Shown: positions 46,474 to 58,316, numbered from the whole stretch's first letter. The stretch: DNA of 63,808 nt, filler included, from Saprolegnia diclina VS20 (GCF_000281045.1; 8 parts of 5 records of this genome joined end to end with filler, not necessarily neighbours in it), one strand, 5' to 3'. Notes: generated by a model not told the origin, from the sequence alone. Program-made: numbers and translations.

Positions 46474-49050
46474 ATGGGCATGCTCCGTGTGCTGCTAGCC
46501 TCTCTCGGGCTCGTCCATGCGGCCTCGGTCTGCGACCTCCCGGCGTTCCAGGCCATACCGATGACGACGCTTGGCACCGGCCCGCTTACGATGAAGGCCA
46601 TCACAAACGGAACGGACTCGTGCTTCCAGGTGAGCGTGCCTGCCTCGGCGTCCGTGGCGTGGGCCTCGATCGCCATTGCGTCCAGCCCAAAGATGGTCAC
46701 CTCGCCGATCGGCAATGTCGTCATCTACGATGCAAACGCGCCGGCGCCGCAGCTCTACGAGATGTTGAGCTACAAGAAGGCGGGCACCGTCCTCGCTACC
46801 GACCAGTCGCCGGTCGTCGCCAAGGCCGCGTCGGTCGTCAACGGCGCCATGACGTTCATCTTTGAGCGGTCCAATGGTGTCAAGATTGCTTCGGATGTGG
46901 CGATCGTCCCGGACGCGTACAGCACCATCAACTGGGCATACGGTTTGACCAAGTGGCCGTCCATGCACGAAGGCCGCGGGTCAGCGCAGGTCGCCATCAA
47001 GGCGGCGGCGGCCTCGGTCTGCGAGTCGCCAGCATTCGCCGCGGCGCCGCTCGCGACGTTGGGTAGCGGCCCGATGCAGATCAAGGCGCTTACTGACGGC
47101 ACAGACACGTGCTTTGAAGTGAGCATGCCGGCGAGTACGCCCGCATCTTGGATCGCGATTGCAATTGCTTCGTCCAGTGCCATGGTCACGTCACCAATCG
47201 GCAACACCGTCATTTACGACAGCACGGCCAAAGCGCCGCAGCTGTACGAGATGATGAGCTACAAGAAGGCGGGCACCGTGCTCGCCAAGGACCAGTCGCC
47301 GCTCAATGTCGTCTCGGCGTCGGCGGTCAATGGCGCGCTCACATACACGTTCCTGCGTCCCAACGCCGTCAAGATTGCGTCGGACGTGGCCGTCCTGCCG
47401 GATGCGTACAACATCATCAACTGGGCGTACGGCACGGCGCAGTGGCCATCGATGCATCAAGGCCGCGGCTCGGCCAACGTTGTCGTCAAGTCGGTCACGG
47501 CCTCCAACGCGGGCGGCAACTCGCTGCCGACGATCGACAATGCGTCGGCGTCGCTGCGCGTCATTACGTACACGGACGTGATCACAGCGGTCGCCTTCAT
47601 GGTAATGCTCCTCCTCGGAGTCATCGTGACGCACGTCGGGCGTTGGCACATTCTCAACCACAGCTCCGTGTGTGCGCCGCCGACATCCGGCTATTGCATG
47701 GGCTTTCGAACGACCTTGGCCGACCTCAAGCTCGGCGAATGCATCGTGCTCATCGTGTACCTCCTCACGCTGTGCGTGGTGTCGTTCTCGGTGCACGTCA
47801 AGTTCGCGAACGCGCTGCCCGGCCAAAGCCTCGTGTTGGTGACCGGCCATCTCGGGCTCGTGAACCTCATGCTCATTCTGCTGCCTGTCGCGCGCGGCCA
47901 GCACTGGGAGATCGTCTTTGGCATCTCGCACGAGCGCATTCTCAAGTTCCACAAAGGCCTCGGCCGGTCGTTTGTGCTCTTGTGCGCCCTGCACTTTGCG
48001 CTGAGCTTGAACCAAGGCGGGAGCGCCACGTACGCCGAGCCGTACGGCACCCAAGAGGCGATCCCGCTCTACGGCTTTGTATCGTTCATTGCGTTTGCGT
48101 CCATGGGGCTGCTGGCGTTTGAGAAGCTCCGACGCCAGTACTATGAAGTGTTTTACTGGCACCACCGCGCGTCGGCGGTCGTGGGCCTCGTCTTTGCTGT
48201 CCTGCACGCACCCGCGATTCTGATTGCGATGCTGTTCCCGCTGGTCGTCTACGTGCTCAATAGCCTCTGGCGCTTTGCCGCGTACTTTGCGTCGCACGCG
48301 GCGACGCTCGAGACGCACAGCGATGGCACGACCGTGATCACGCTCGCGTCAACGCTCAAAACAGCCAAGTACGCGCAGACAATGAACACGTGCGCGTTCT
48401 TCTACCTCAACATTCCGACGCTTTCCGGCGTCCAGTGGCATCCGTTCTCTGCGATCGCGACACCCGACGGCAGCTCGATCGGCTTTTGCGTCAAGGCGCT
48501 CTCCAAAGGGTCGTTTGTCGACGCGGTGCACGTCCGAGCGCGCGGCGCCCTCGAGGTCGACCCGGCTCTGGCGCATATTCGCGTCCGCGTCGAAGGGCCG
48601 TACGGCAAGGCGTCGGTGCTGTTGCACCAGTACGATGTCGTCGTCTTGGTGGCGGGCGGGATCGGCGTCACACCGATGCTCAACATTATCAACCAAGACC
48701 GGCACAAGCGCTTGAGCAAGCCGACGCAGCGCCTCGTGTTCCACTGGATCGTCCGCGAACCGCACCAGCTTCTCTGCGCCGACCCGCTCATGTACCCGTT
48801 GCCGTCGCACGTCGAGTCCCATTTTGTCGTGACGTCGGCGAGCGCGAGCGGGGGCATCCTCAACATGGCTGGCGAGTCGGTGGCCTACAGCAGCGAGAAG
48901 CCGCGTATGGACGAGATCATCAACCGCGAACGCTATAGTCGCCGCCGTGTGTGTATCTTGGCGTGTGGCCCGCTGGGGCTGGTCAAGGACGCACAGATCC
49001 AGGCTGACGCGTGCGGGTTTGATTTCCACAAGGAAGTGTTTTTGTTTTAA
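46474..49050 (+). CDS. Ferric reductase (FRE/NOX superfamily) with signal peptide and two N-terminal DOMON-like domains
   Basis: Heme His pairs (KFHK..LH; YWHHR..LH), FAD-binding QWHPFS, EGPYG, NADPH-binding LVAGGIGVTP, ACGP, C-terminal FHKEVF. 163-aa N-terminal duplication. Confidence 0.92.
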   Translation: MGMLRVLLASLGLVHAASVCDLPAFQAIPMTTLGTGPLTMKAITNGTDSCFQVSVPASASVAWASIAIASSPKMVTSPIGNVVIYDANAPAPQLYEMLSYKKAGTVLATDQSPVVAKAASVVNGAMTFIFERSNGVKIASDVAIVPDAYSTINWAYGLTKWPSMHEGRGSAQVAIKAAAASVCESPAFAAAPLATLGSGPMQIKALTDGTDTCFEVSMPASTPASWIAIAIASSSAMVTSPIGNTVIYDSTAKAPQLYEMMSYKKAGTVLAKDQSPLNVVSASAVNGALTYTFLRPNAVKIASDVAVLPDAYNIINWAYGTAQWPSMHQGRGSANVVVKSVTASNAGGNSLPTIDNASASLRVITYTDVITAVAFMVMLLLGVIVTHVGRWHILNHSSVCAPPTSGYCMGFRTTLADLKLGECIVLIVYLLTLCVVSFSVHVKFANALPGQSLVLVTGHLGLVNLMLILLPVARGQHWEIVFGISHERILKFHKGLGRSFVLLCALHFALSLNQGGSATYAEPYGTQEAIPLYGFVSFIAFASMGLLAFEKLRRQYYEVFYWHHRASAVVGLVFAVLHAPAILIAMLFPLVVYVLNSLWRFAAYFASHAATLETHSDGTTVITLASTLKTAKYAQTMNTCAFFYLNIPTLSGVQWHPFSAIATPDGSSIGFCVKALSKGSFVDAVHVRARGALEVDPALAHIRVRVEGPYGKASVLLHQYDVVVLVAGGIGVTPMLNIINQDRHKRLSKPTQRLVFHWIVREPHQLLCADPLMYPLPSHVESHFVVTSASASGGILNMAGESVAYSSEKPRMDEIINRERYSRRRVCILACGPLGLVKDAQIQADACGFDFHKEVFLF

Positions 49051-49706
49051 GTTATTTACGCTCCATAAAGCTATACAAAATATCACATGTATTGGACTAT
49101 ACAAGGAAATGTCCACTTTTTTTTGCAAGCTGAAGAATTTCGCTACCACGATGGATGATACTGTCGATGCATCGCAACATAAGCAGCGAGACACCGCGAG
49201 GAGGCATGTTGCAGCAGAGACGCCACCAAGAGCAATGGGACTGCGAGCTGCCACCAAGAGGGAATATAAAAAAAATAAAAAATACTTGACACCAAACTGA
49301 CACCATCGTTCGCGTCGAGAGCAAGAATGGATTTGTGCAGAAGCACCCGATTCCACACGTGGTCGTGCAGCACCAGCCGAACCTGCATTCTGCAACGTCG
49401 TGGGAGGTGATGCCATCTGCCGAACGAGACCATCCAGCCACCCCTAACCGCCCCCATTTCCGAGTTGAAAGTTGGCATGTGCGCCCACGTTCCTCGGGCT
49501 GACTGCCTCCAGACCGTCATATCGCGTTGGTGTTTATTCGAAAGCAGTGCAACGACGGACGTGGCGTCATCGTTCGATGAGGCACTCGTGTCGGTGGTAC
49601 AGACATCTGATGTGTTGACGGTCGAGAGCTCTGGACCGTACACGCAAACTGCCTCCATCGGGCGAATCGAAACGAATCACGCACTGTGCATTTTGACTTT
49701 GGCAGC

Positions 49707-51791
49707 ATGCTGGGTGCAGTGCTCTTTGTTGCGCTGACCCTGATTCGCCGCGTGTACGGCGACGACGCCGGGTGCACGTCGCCAGCATTTCTCGCCGTGC
49801 CGCTCGTGCCGTTAGATACGTCTCTCTCCATGCGCAGCCTCGTCGTCGACAGCGCCAGCGTCTGCATTCAGCTCATCTTGAAGGCGCCGGCGTCGTGGGT
49901 CTCGGTTGCCCTCTCCTCCTCTCCGTCCATGGTCACGTCGCCGTTCACGCGCGCTGTTGTCTTTGACACGAGCTTTGCGCAACCCAAAGTATTTGCGATG
50001 CAAGGGTACGCGCCGAGCCAAATGGTCGCGGCACCGACGCCGTCGATCTCGCTGCTGAGCGCGTTGTCGGCCAACGATGTGGTCTCGCTGACGTTCCGAC
50101 GTCCGCTCGTCTTTTCTTACGAAGGCGACGTCACCATTCACGTCGACAATGGCAACTCCAACATTCTCAACTGGGCGTACGCCTCATCTCCGTGGCCGGC
50201 GATCCATAGCGCAAGGGGCTCGGCCACTGTCAAGTTTACGACCAAAGCCGAGGCGCCGAGCACAGTTGTGACCACCGAGTCGGCTCTGCGGTTGACACCC
50301 GACACGACGGTCGTCACGGTCGCTTCCGTCATCTCGATGATCATGCTCGGGCTTATAGCGACACATTTTGGCAATTGGCGCTGGGTGAACCATCGGGGCT
50401 TGTTGCCGCCGCCTCGACGCCGCTCGATGCTGACCGCACTACTGATGCCGCTTGTCGACTTGAAGGTGGGCGAGGGTATCATTGTGCTCATCTACTTGGC
50501 GTGTCTCGTGCTCGTCTCGTCGTCGGTCCACGCCAACTTTGCCGACGCGCCGTCGCTTCGTCGGTGGAGCCTCGCGTCTGGGCACCTCTGCCTCGTGCAC
50601 ATCATGTTGCTGCTGCTCCCGGTTGCCCGCGGCCAGCACTGGGAAGTCTTCTTTGGCATTTCTCATGAGCGCATCCTCAAGTTTCACCGGTGGCTCGGCC
50701 GGCTCAGCATACTCTTTGGCGTCTGGCACCTCTTGGCCTCGACGCAGAACGGGGCGTCCATCACAGCGGCCGGTCCGTTTGGTTCGCAGCAAGTGTCGCC
50801 TGTGAATGGCTTTGGTGCACTCGTCGTGTTTGCGACGCTGGGACTCTCGGCGATGTTGCGTCGCCGGTTCTACGCCCTCTTTTACTACTACCACCGAATC
50901 GCGTCGATCGTTGGATTGGTGCTCCTGCTTTTGCATGCGACTGCAGTGCGCTACGCGCTCATCTTCCCCCTTGGCATCTACCTCTTGAGCGGCCTCGGGC
51001 GGCTGCGCGGCTTGTACCTCAACAAGTTCCATGCATCGATCCACGTCCATGGACAAAACACGGTGACGTTTGAGCTCCCGGCCACCGAGACGACGCGGGC
51101 GTGGGCCGACCGGCTCCACGCCGGTGCCTTCTTTTACATCAACATCCCGAGCATCTCGGCGGTTGCGTGGCATCCGTTCTCGGCGATCGTGACGCCGGAC
51201 GGCGACTCGATCGGGTTTTGCATGAAGTCGTTTACAAAAGGGCGGTTCGTCGACGCTGTTTGGGTCCGCGCCCACCAAACGCTTCAAGACAATGCGTTCT
51301 TCGTCCTCGACAGCCACCAGTCGGCGCCGTCGATGCTTGTTCGCGTCGAGGGCCCGTACGGCCGCGCCAGCGTCAATGTCGACAAGTACGACGCCGCGGT
51401 GCTCATCTGTGGCGGCAGCGGCATCACGCCGATGCTGAGCCTCATCAACATGGAGCGCCGACGCTCGGACGGCCCTAAGCTCTTTTTACACTGGGTCGTC
51501 AAGGACCCCAATGACCTCCTCTGCGTCGACAAGCTCATGTTTCCGCTGCCGTCCAACGTCAGCGCCAAGTTTTACGCCGGACCGACACCCGGTGGCATCC
51601 GCAGCAAGAGCGGGACGACGGTCAGCTATGGGAAAGGCCGGCCTGTCATTGACGAGGTCCTCAACAACGAGAAATTCGCCGGCAAGCGCGTGTGCGTCTT
51701 GGCGTGTGGCCCGCCGAGTCTTGTCGCCGATGTACAGTACCAAGCGCACCGCTGCGGCTTTGACTTTCACAAGGAAGTCTTTTTGTTTTAA
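49707..51791 (+). CDS. Ferric reductase with one DOMON-like domain
   Basis: KFHRW..WH, YYHR..LH, WHPFS, EGPYG, ICGGSGITP, ACGP, FHKEVFLF. Confidence 0.92.
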   Translation: MLGAVLFVALTLIRRVYGDDAGCTSPAFLAVPLVPLDTSLSMRSLVVDSASVCIQLILKAPASWVSVALSSSPSMVTSPFTRAVVFDTSFAQPKVFAMQGYAPSQMVAAPTPSISLLSALSANDVVSLTFRRPLVFSYEGDVTIHVDNGNSNILNWAYASSPWPAIHSARGSATVKFTTKAEAPSTVVTTESALRLTPDTTVVTVASVISMIMLGLIATHFGNWRWVNHRGLLPPPRRRSMLTALLMPLVDLKVGEGIIVLIYLACLVLVSSSVHANFADAPSLRRWSLASGHLCLVHIMLLLLPVARGQHWEVFFGISHERILKFHRWLGRLSILFGVWHLLASTQNGASITAAGPFGSQQVSPVNGFGALVVFATLGLSAMLRRRFYALFYYYHRIASIVGLVLLLLHATAVRYALIFPLGIYLLSGLGRLRGLYLNKFHASIHVHGQNTVTFELPATETTRAWADRLHAGAFFYINIPSISAVAWHPFSAIVTPDGDSIGFCMKSFTKGRFVDAVWVRAHQTLQDNAFFVLDSHQSAPSMLVRVEGPYGRASVNVDKYDAAVLICGGSGITPMLSLINMERRRSDGPKLFLHWVVKDPNDLLCVDKLMFPLPSNVSAKFYAGPTPGGIRSKSGTTVSYGKGRPVIDEVLNNEKFAGKRVCVLACGPPSLVADVQYQAHRCGFDFHKEVFLF

Positions 51792-51993
51792 TACATTATG
51801 GTATATTAATCGCGATGAAAAATGAAAAGGTACATATATCTCGTATCCCCAACCCTCTTGCAACGTCGACACACTTGAATCACACCGTTGCAACGGCAAA
51901 CTCGCGGAACGTTCTTTGCTCGTGGCGAGTCGCTGGATCTTCTAATTCACAGTACACCACCAATCGACGCCCACCGAAGAAGTGCTCGCTGAG

Positions 51994-54054
51994 ATGGTAG
52001 CATGGTTGAGAGCGACGCTGCTACTTGCCGCCACGCCGGTCGTCGTCGCCACCATGTCGGACTGCACACCTGAGGCTTTGACCAACGTCAAGAGCGTGGC
52101 CATGGGCCCGATGGTGCTCAAGGCCAAGCTGCTTGCAAACGTCGCCTGCTTCCAAGTGATCTTGACCGAACGAGCCGCCCCGTGGATCGCCGTGGCCGTG
52201 GCCGCATCGCCCGTGATGGTGAACGCGCCCACAAGTTCTGCGGTGGTCTTCGACACAACGACCCTACTACCGCTCTTGTACGTCTTGAAGGGCTATGAAG
52301 TCGCCGACGTCGTGTTGCAGAAAGACCAGTCGTCCATCTCGGTGATCGCAGCGTCGGCCACCCCCCAGCGGATCTCGTTTATCTTTGCGCGACCCATGTC
52401 GGCTCAAACGCCCACGGACGTGGCCATTGTACCTGGCGTGCCCAGCACGCTTTTATGGGCGGTCGGCGACCACGCATGGCCGTCGCACCACATCGAGCGG
52501 GGCATCGTCCACGTCACGATTCCGTCGAGCGACTCGAGTGGGTCGGGTTCGAGCAGCGCTGTCTCGACGTTTGTGACATCCTACACCGTTCTGATCGTTC
52601 TCTCAGCCTTTCTTTGCATTGTGCTCTTGGGGTTTGCGGCCACAGGGTGGCCTTGCGCCTTTGTGGGACAACCGCTCTGCCGCCCACCCAAGCCAACACG
52701 GACGGCGCCGTTGCGCCGGGTGCTCGCCGACGTCAGTATCGGCAACGCCATCGTCGTCAGCGTGTATGTCATGAGCCTCCTTGTCGTCGGTGTCGTCGTT
52801 GTCCACCAGTTTGGCGCCGATGCGACGGGGGCGCGCCGTCTATCTCTAGTCTCGGGGCACTTGGCCCTCGTCTCGCTCATGTGGCTGCTACTGCCCATTG
52901 CGCGAGGTTACCACTGGGAGCTCATTTTCGGCATCTCCCACGAACGTGTTCTCAAGTTCCATCGGTGGTTGGGACTGCTTGTGACGTTGACGGCGGCGCT
53001 GCACTTGGCCGTCAACGCCAACCGGGGCATCGACGTGCTCAGTCGCGCTGTCTACGGAACGCAGGAGGTCGTCCCTCTCTACGGCTTTGTTGCGTTCGTC
53101 GCTTTTTCTTCGATAGCGCTTCTCGGGATGCTCGAGCCGCTGCGTCGGACCATGTACGAGGTGTTTTACCTTCACCACCGAACCTTTTCGATCATCGGGC
53201 TCGTCTGCGTCCTGCTCCACAGCAGCACGGTGGCCTATAGCCTCGCGCTGCCGCTAGCGCTCTACGTCTGGACCTTGCTGCTGCGGAGTCGTGCCTACTG
53301 GACAAGTGCGGACGCAACGGTGTGCGACGCCTCGGAGAGCCGCCGCACCGTGGTACTTATGCTACCGTTTACACCGACCACCAAGCAGTTTGCAGCAACG
53401 ATGCCGCCCGGTGCGTACTTTTTTCTACAAGTGCCCAGCGTCTCGGGCGTCGAGTGGCATCCGTTCTCGGCTATCGTGACGCCGGATGGCAACTCGATCG
53501 GGTTTTGCCTCAAAGCGTCATCCCCTCATTCGTTTGTGCACAAAGTACTTTGCAGTAACACGCGCGTCCTTGGCCTTCGACTGGGCGGTCCCTACGGCCG
53601 CATCGCGCTCAACTGGAATGCTCTGGACGTTGTTGTTTTGATTGCCGGTGGCATTGGCATTACACCGCTTCTCAACATCATCAACCAACGCCGCCAGAAA
53701 GCCAAGGCCCGCACGAGCCTGCGCGCGCCGCAGCTCGTCTTGCACTGGATTGTGCCAACGCCCGACGACCTCCTCTGCGCCGACCGACTCATGTTTCCGA
53801 TGCTGCCGGACGTCCAGTGCCACTGCTATGCCACACGCGCGACTGCCGACGGTGTCGTAACGAGCGCCTACGGCGGTGACGTGGCGTACGTGGCCAAGCG
53901 CCCTGTGCTGCAGGACGTCCTCGTACTCGATCCGTTCGAGTCGCCGCGCGTCGGCGTCGTTGCGTGCGGACCCCAATCACTCGTCGACGAAGCGCAGTAC
54001 GAAGCGGCATTGCGGGGCTTTTGCTTTCACAAGGAGCTCTTCGCCCTCGCGTGA
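51994..54054 (+). CDS. Ferric reductase with one DOMON-like domain
   Basis: KFHRW..LH, YLHHR..LH, EWHPFS, GGPYG, IAGGIGITP, ACGP, FHKELF. Confidence 0.92.
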   Translation: MVAWLRATLLLAATPVVVATMSDCTPEALTNVKSVAMGPMVLKAKLLANVACFQVILTERAAPWIAVAVAASPVMVNAPTSSAVVFDTTTLLPLLYVLKGYEVADVVLQKDQSSISVIAASATPQRISFIFARPMSAQTPTDVAIVPGVPSTLLWAVGDHAWPSHHIERGIVHVTIPSSDSSGSGSSSAVSTFVTSYTVLIVLSAFLCIVLLGFAATGWPCAFVGQPLCRPPKPTRTAPLRRVLADVSIGNAIVVSVYVMSLLVVGVVVVHQFGADATGARRLSLVSGHLALVSLMWLLLPIARGYHWELIFGISHERVLKFHRWLGLLVTLTAALHLAVNANRGIDVLSRAVYGTQEVVPLYGFVAFVAFSSIALLGMLEPLRRTMYEVFYLHHRTFSIIGLVCVLLHSSTVAYSLALPLALYVWTLLLRSRAYWTSADATVCDASESRRTVVLMLPFTPTTKQFAATMPPGAYFFLQVPSVSGVEWHPFSAIVTPDGNSIGFCLKASSPHSFVHKVLCSNTRVLGLRLGGPYGRIALNWNALDVVVLIAGGIGITPLLNIINQRRQKAKARTSLRAPQLVLHWIVPTPDDLLCADRLMFPMLPDVQCHCYATRATADGVVTSAYGGDVAYVAKRPVLQDVLVLDPFESPRVGVVACGPQSLVDEAQYEAALRGFCFHKELFALA

Positions 54055-55151
54055 GATGCACCCACGGAGTGGCTTCCTCACATTCCCTGGAAGCGTGCCA
54101 GCTGTTTGTTTGTGGTCAACAAAGAGCGTTTTACAAAAGTACGTTCTCTGGGCAGAAGTTGGGCTTGACGGCAACTCGCTCGAGGAGCCTCAGCGGACCT
54201 CTGTGTCAAATCGGGAAGGGTATCTAAACCATGATCCTTTGGAGCCGCGAGGCAGAAGCTGAGGCATCGTGCCTTTGACGTCAACCAGATGTTCCGACTC
54301 TGCGTGAAAGGACAACCGTTACGAAATTGCCTAGAATAGTCGCAGTGGGGTGGACCCTTCCTGGCTTGTGCTCATGACGGACGAGCTTCTCACGTGTCAA
54401 CATTACTGAGGAAGCAATCTGTGGCCTTGAACGCGTGGCAAGGTTATCAAAACTCGATTAAGGCACCTCCGAGGCTGGGGCTTCCAGAGGCCTGGGCTCG
54501 TGGCCTTCTTCCGGCGTCGTCCTTTCTCAAAAACCGCAAATTGATGACGTATTGCTGTGTTGCTACTAAACTAGCGTAATTTGATCTATATTTGCTGTCC
54601 CACCATGTCCAGGGGCCAGTGGGGTCTGGCCCGAAATATGACGTTTCGGCAAACCCATAAAAAGGTAAACGCGTTAAACGTAGTAGCGTTAGGTTAAATA
54701 CCCCACCAACCTGCTTGACGGAAAGACACCCTCTCGATACCTAGACGCCAGCCAAAGGAATGCAGCATGGCTACCGGTATCTTTGGAGGCCTTTGCTCGC
54801 GACGCTGGAATACACGTGAGTGGCACTCGACACAGTGGGACCTACTCGGGTAATGGTGTATGCGCTCGCTCCGACCACAAGCCGGCGTTCGCTTTCGTCG
54901 TCGGTGCTACACGAGCAAATTAGGCAAACCATGATGCGAAGCATTGTCGTCTCTTGGCGCCGACACCACATTAAGATCGCTACGGCGTCCAACGATTCAC
55001 GCAGTTTAACGCCAGGGTAAACGCGTCGTACCAGCAGGAAACGGACGTGGCAGATCTCACTCGGTCGCAGAAGCCATGCAGCGTCGGACCGACCGTCGAG
55101 TCACACGGCGCTGAAGTCAACCGGCGCCGATTTTTCATTTCAGACCTTACC

Positions 55152-55840
55152 ATGCGCTCCGCACTCGGCATCGGCATCCTGGCAACGTTGGTGGCAACGG
55201 CTACCGCGGCGCTCAACGCCACGATCTGCGAGTCGCTCGACTTTGCAAATGCACCGGTCATTGCCATGGGCCGCACGCCCATGACCCTCAAGAGCCTTGT
55301 GCAAGGCGACGCTGTCTGCTTCCAAGTGACGCTCGCCGACGCCTCGGCCAAGTGGGTCTCGATCGCGATCTCACCCACCGCCAAGATGGTCAACGAGCCT
55401 ATCAACAACGTCGTCGTCTACGACGTGACGCTACCACCCGCGTTGCTCTACACGATGCGCGGGTATGAAAAGCACGACACGCTACCGCTGGCCGACCAGT
55501 CGCCGCTGCTCGTGTCGCAGTCGAGCAGCGTCAACGGCGTCATCACGCTGACATTCCAGCGCAAGCTCGCGGCGGTGGTCAGTTCGGACGTGGCCATTGA
55601 CCCGACTGGCGTCACGATTCTGACGTGGGCGTACGGCACCGATATGTTTCCATCGACGCACCAGTACTGCGGCGCTCTCGAGCTCACGCTCAACGCGGCC
55701 CACAACGGTGATGGCCCACTGCAGACGCTGTACGCGGGTGTCATTGCCGCTGGCATTCTTGCGACGATGCTGGTGCTCGGCCTGATCGCAACGCACTTTG
55801 GTCGCTTCCGCCTCATCAACTACACGACGCTGTGTGCGCC
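55152..55840 (+). CDS. Fourth DOMON-like ferric reductase paralogue, 3'-truncated by the gap
   Basis: Signal peptide, CF.V.L...WVSIAIS...MV..P, WAYG...FPSTH, first TM LGLIATHFG, all matching the paralogues. Confidence 0.85.
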
Positions 55841-55940
55841 NNNNNNNNNNNNNNNNNNNNNNNNNNNNNNNNNNNNNNNNNNNNTTAATTAATTAANNNN
55901 NNNNNNNNNNNNNNNNNNNNNNNNNNNNNNNNNNNNNNNN
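55841..55940. other. Assembly gap with linker
   Basis: N-run containing TTAATTAATTAA. Confidence 0.97.
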
Positions 55941-56073
55941 CACGTGTGAGGCCGATGTTGCGCCGTCAGGCGGCCGTACCTTGCCAATGAAGCCCGTGCC
56001 TCCCGTGAGGAAGAGTCCCTTGCCAGCGTAGAAGTCCTCCATGCTTCCAGTCGCTACAATGCAAAATGCAAAC
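55941..56073. repeat. Left arm of a 133-bp inverted repeat (partner 58317-58449)
   Basis: CACGTGTGAGGCCG...GCAAAATGCAAAC is the reverse complement of GTTTGCATTTTGC...CGGCCTCACACGTG. Confidence 0.95.
55980..56042 (-). CDS. Exon 1 of a fatty acyl-CoA reductase (NAD_binding_4 / male-sterility type), copy A, partial
   Basis: MEDFYAGKGLFLTGGTGFIGK followed by GTACGG donor; runs into the gap. Confidence 0.75.
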
Positions 56074-56208
56074 CCAGTGCATGTCCCGATTACGAACGGT
56101 CGATGCATCATAATCGGTGACTTGATTTCGGACAAGTCCGAAATGTACCTTGTTTATCCGGATTTGTCTGATTGGTATCTTGAACGAAAGATTTTTGGGA
56201 TCTCGACG

Positions 56209-57983
56209 ATGGACGAGGAGCTGCTCATGGGCTACGGCCATGGACCAGAGCCACTCGTAGGAGCCGACGGCGACGCGGAAGGGAGCCTACTCGCCTTCTA
56301 CCGCTCGCGCTGCGACGCCTTCCAGGCTGAGCGCAAGGAGATGATGGATCGCTTCCGAGATCTCGAAACGTCCCGCGAAGCTCGGCATGCGGTGGATTGG
56401 CAAAACAAGATGCACAAGCAAGAGGTTCCGCTTGGCAACAACGTAGCCGCTTGACCTTGCTGCCATAGATATCGGAGCTCAAGGGGGAGCTCACGCGCGT
56501 ACGAGACGAGGTTCAAGGCGCGCGGGAGGTAATTGCGACGCTCGAGAGCGACAAAGCAGCGCTCAAGATTCAAGAAGCCGAAGACCGGAAGCGCATTCAG
56601 CATCTACTTAGCCTTACGCAACCCATCGCTGAAGAAGTGACCTTTTATAAAGACTGCCGCCCGGGCCATGCGACGCGGTACCCTGTGCTGGACGAGCTCC
56701 CAGTGGACGCCTTCTCGCCCCTCTCGATGCGGTCCAACGTCAGCCTCGCCGCAGAAGCTGCGGGGTATCGCGGAACCCGAAGTATGTCCACCAAGTGCTA
56801 TCAACTCACGCATCGCACCAAGCAAACGCACGCGCCCTCAACCCAACCCAAGGTAAGGTCGCATACCGGACGGACAACGCTTATCGCAGCACTCTAGAGT
56901 CGCGTGATCCGAACCGTCTATTTGCCAAGCGAACAAGCAGATACACTTTTGCAGCGCGTGCAGCTCCTGACAAAGGAGCTAGATGACCACAAGGCGCTAT
57001 CGAGCCAGCGCATACAGGTGCGGTACAACCGTGCGAATTTCATTAATGCAGTTGATGTAGGCTCTGCTCAACGACCTTGCGCTCGTCAACGCAGAGCTAA
57101 AAAAAGAGCGCGACGAGCACACCAAACAGCTCGAGTCAAATGGTGCCGAGCTCGAAAAGACGAAGAGGCTTTTGACCAAGGCAACCAAAGGTACATAAGC
57201 CCGGTGCCGCGAGGCAGCTGACGTTGCACTAGACTACTTGGTTGCTCGACATAATGCTCAAGACGCCGCGCGTCAAGCACAAGAAGAAATTGTGCATCTG
57301 TACCAAGTGCAGACGCGCATCGAGAAGGAAAAGGATCTCGTACGCACGCAAGCCCAGCAAGAGACTCAGGTGCGCAATGCATGGCCAAAACCGATGCTAC
57401 AAACCTGTTTGAACAGGCCATTCGCATGTCCGTGCGGGAAGAAGGCAACCAAAATGCCGAGGAGTTCCGGAAACAAGCCATGGCCCGCGAGCGTGACATC
57501 CATATCCTCAAAGTATGCAGCAGCATTACCCGTGTTTTCCTAAAACATCAAACGGGTGTACTAGGAGCAATACGCAGCCGTTCAAGAGACGTATGGCGCG
57601 CGGATCCATAGCCTTCAATCGCGATTAACGACGCTTCGGGGCCGCTACAAGGGGCTCGAGAACAGGCGCAATATGGAGATGGAAGGCTTCTCCCGCGATG
57701 TCGCGACGCTCAAACGACACATTGTGAAACTCGAAAGTCTTTGCTTTGGGGCCAAGCTCACGCAAGACGAGTTGCGTGGACTACGCGTTGGTATGTCTAG
57801 CTCCTATCATCCTAAGCGCATTTCCACAGTAGATGAGAGCAACGTTTTTTCGTCCAACCAACTCAACTCGGAGCTTGCACACCTTCAGGTACAGCTCGAC
57901 TTTTGAATTCGAAAGTCTAAGAAAATGAATAGAAACGCTACGCCGACTTGGCAACCGAGCTGTCCCATCACTACAACCGTTGA
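56209..57983 (+). CDS. CCDC77: Coiled-coil domain-containing protein 77-like (centriole/basal body), multi-exon
   Basis: LLAFYRSRC, LKIQEAEDRKRIQHLLSL...EVTFY and RRNMEMEGFSRDV..LK match the conserved CCDC77 blocks as I recall them; long coiled coil. Confidence 0.75.
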
Positions 57984-58316
57984 GTGCGTCCAAAACCAAA
58001 GGCTCGTGTGCTCGTGTGAGTGCATGATGTTGGTCATTGGTGTTGGCGACATAAAATCAGGCAGCCAATACTACTATACAACATGCCACTCTGTAATTCG
58101 CATGCACAGTCCGACGAACGAGCCATTCTTCGACAGGCAATTTGTTGCTAGTTAGCTCATCAATATTGACTCTTGAGTTGATGCACGTGGCCGCGCGTCC
58201 TCTTTCCCATGTGGCAATATCATTAATAACGTTAATAACAGAAGCGGCAGATGCGTTACGCATCCGGCTGCATGCGTCATCCTTTCGTAATCGAAGGCGC
58301 GACGTCATCGTTTCGA

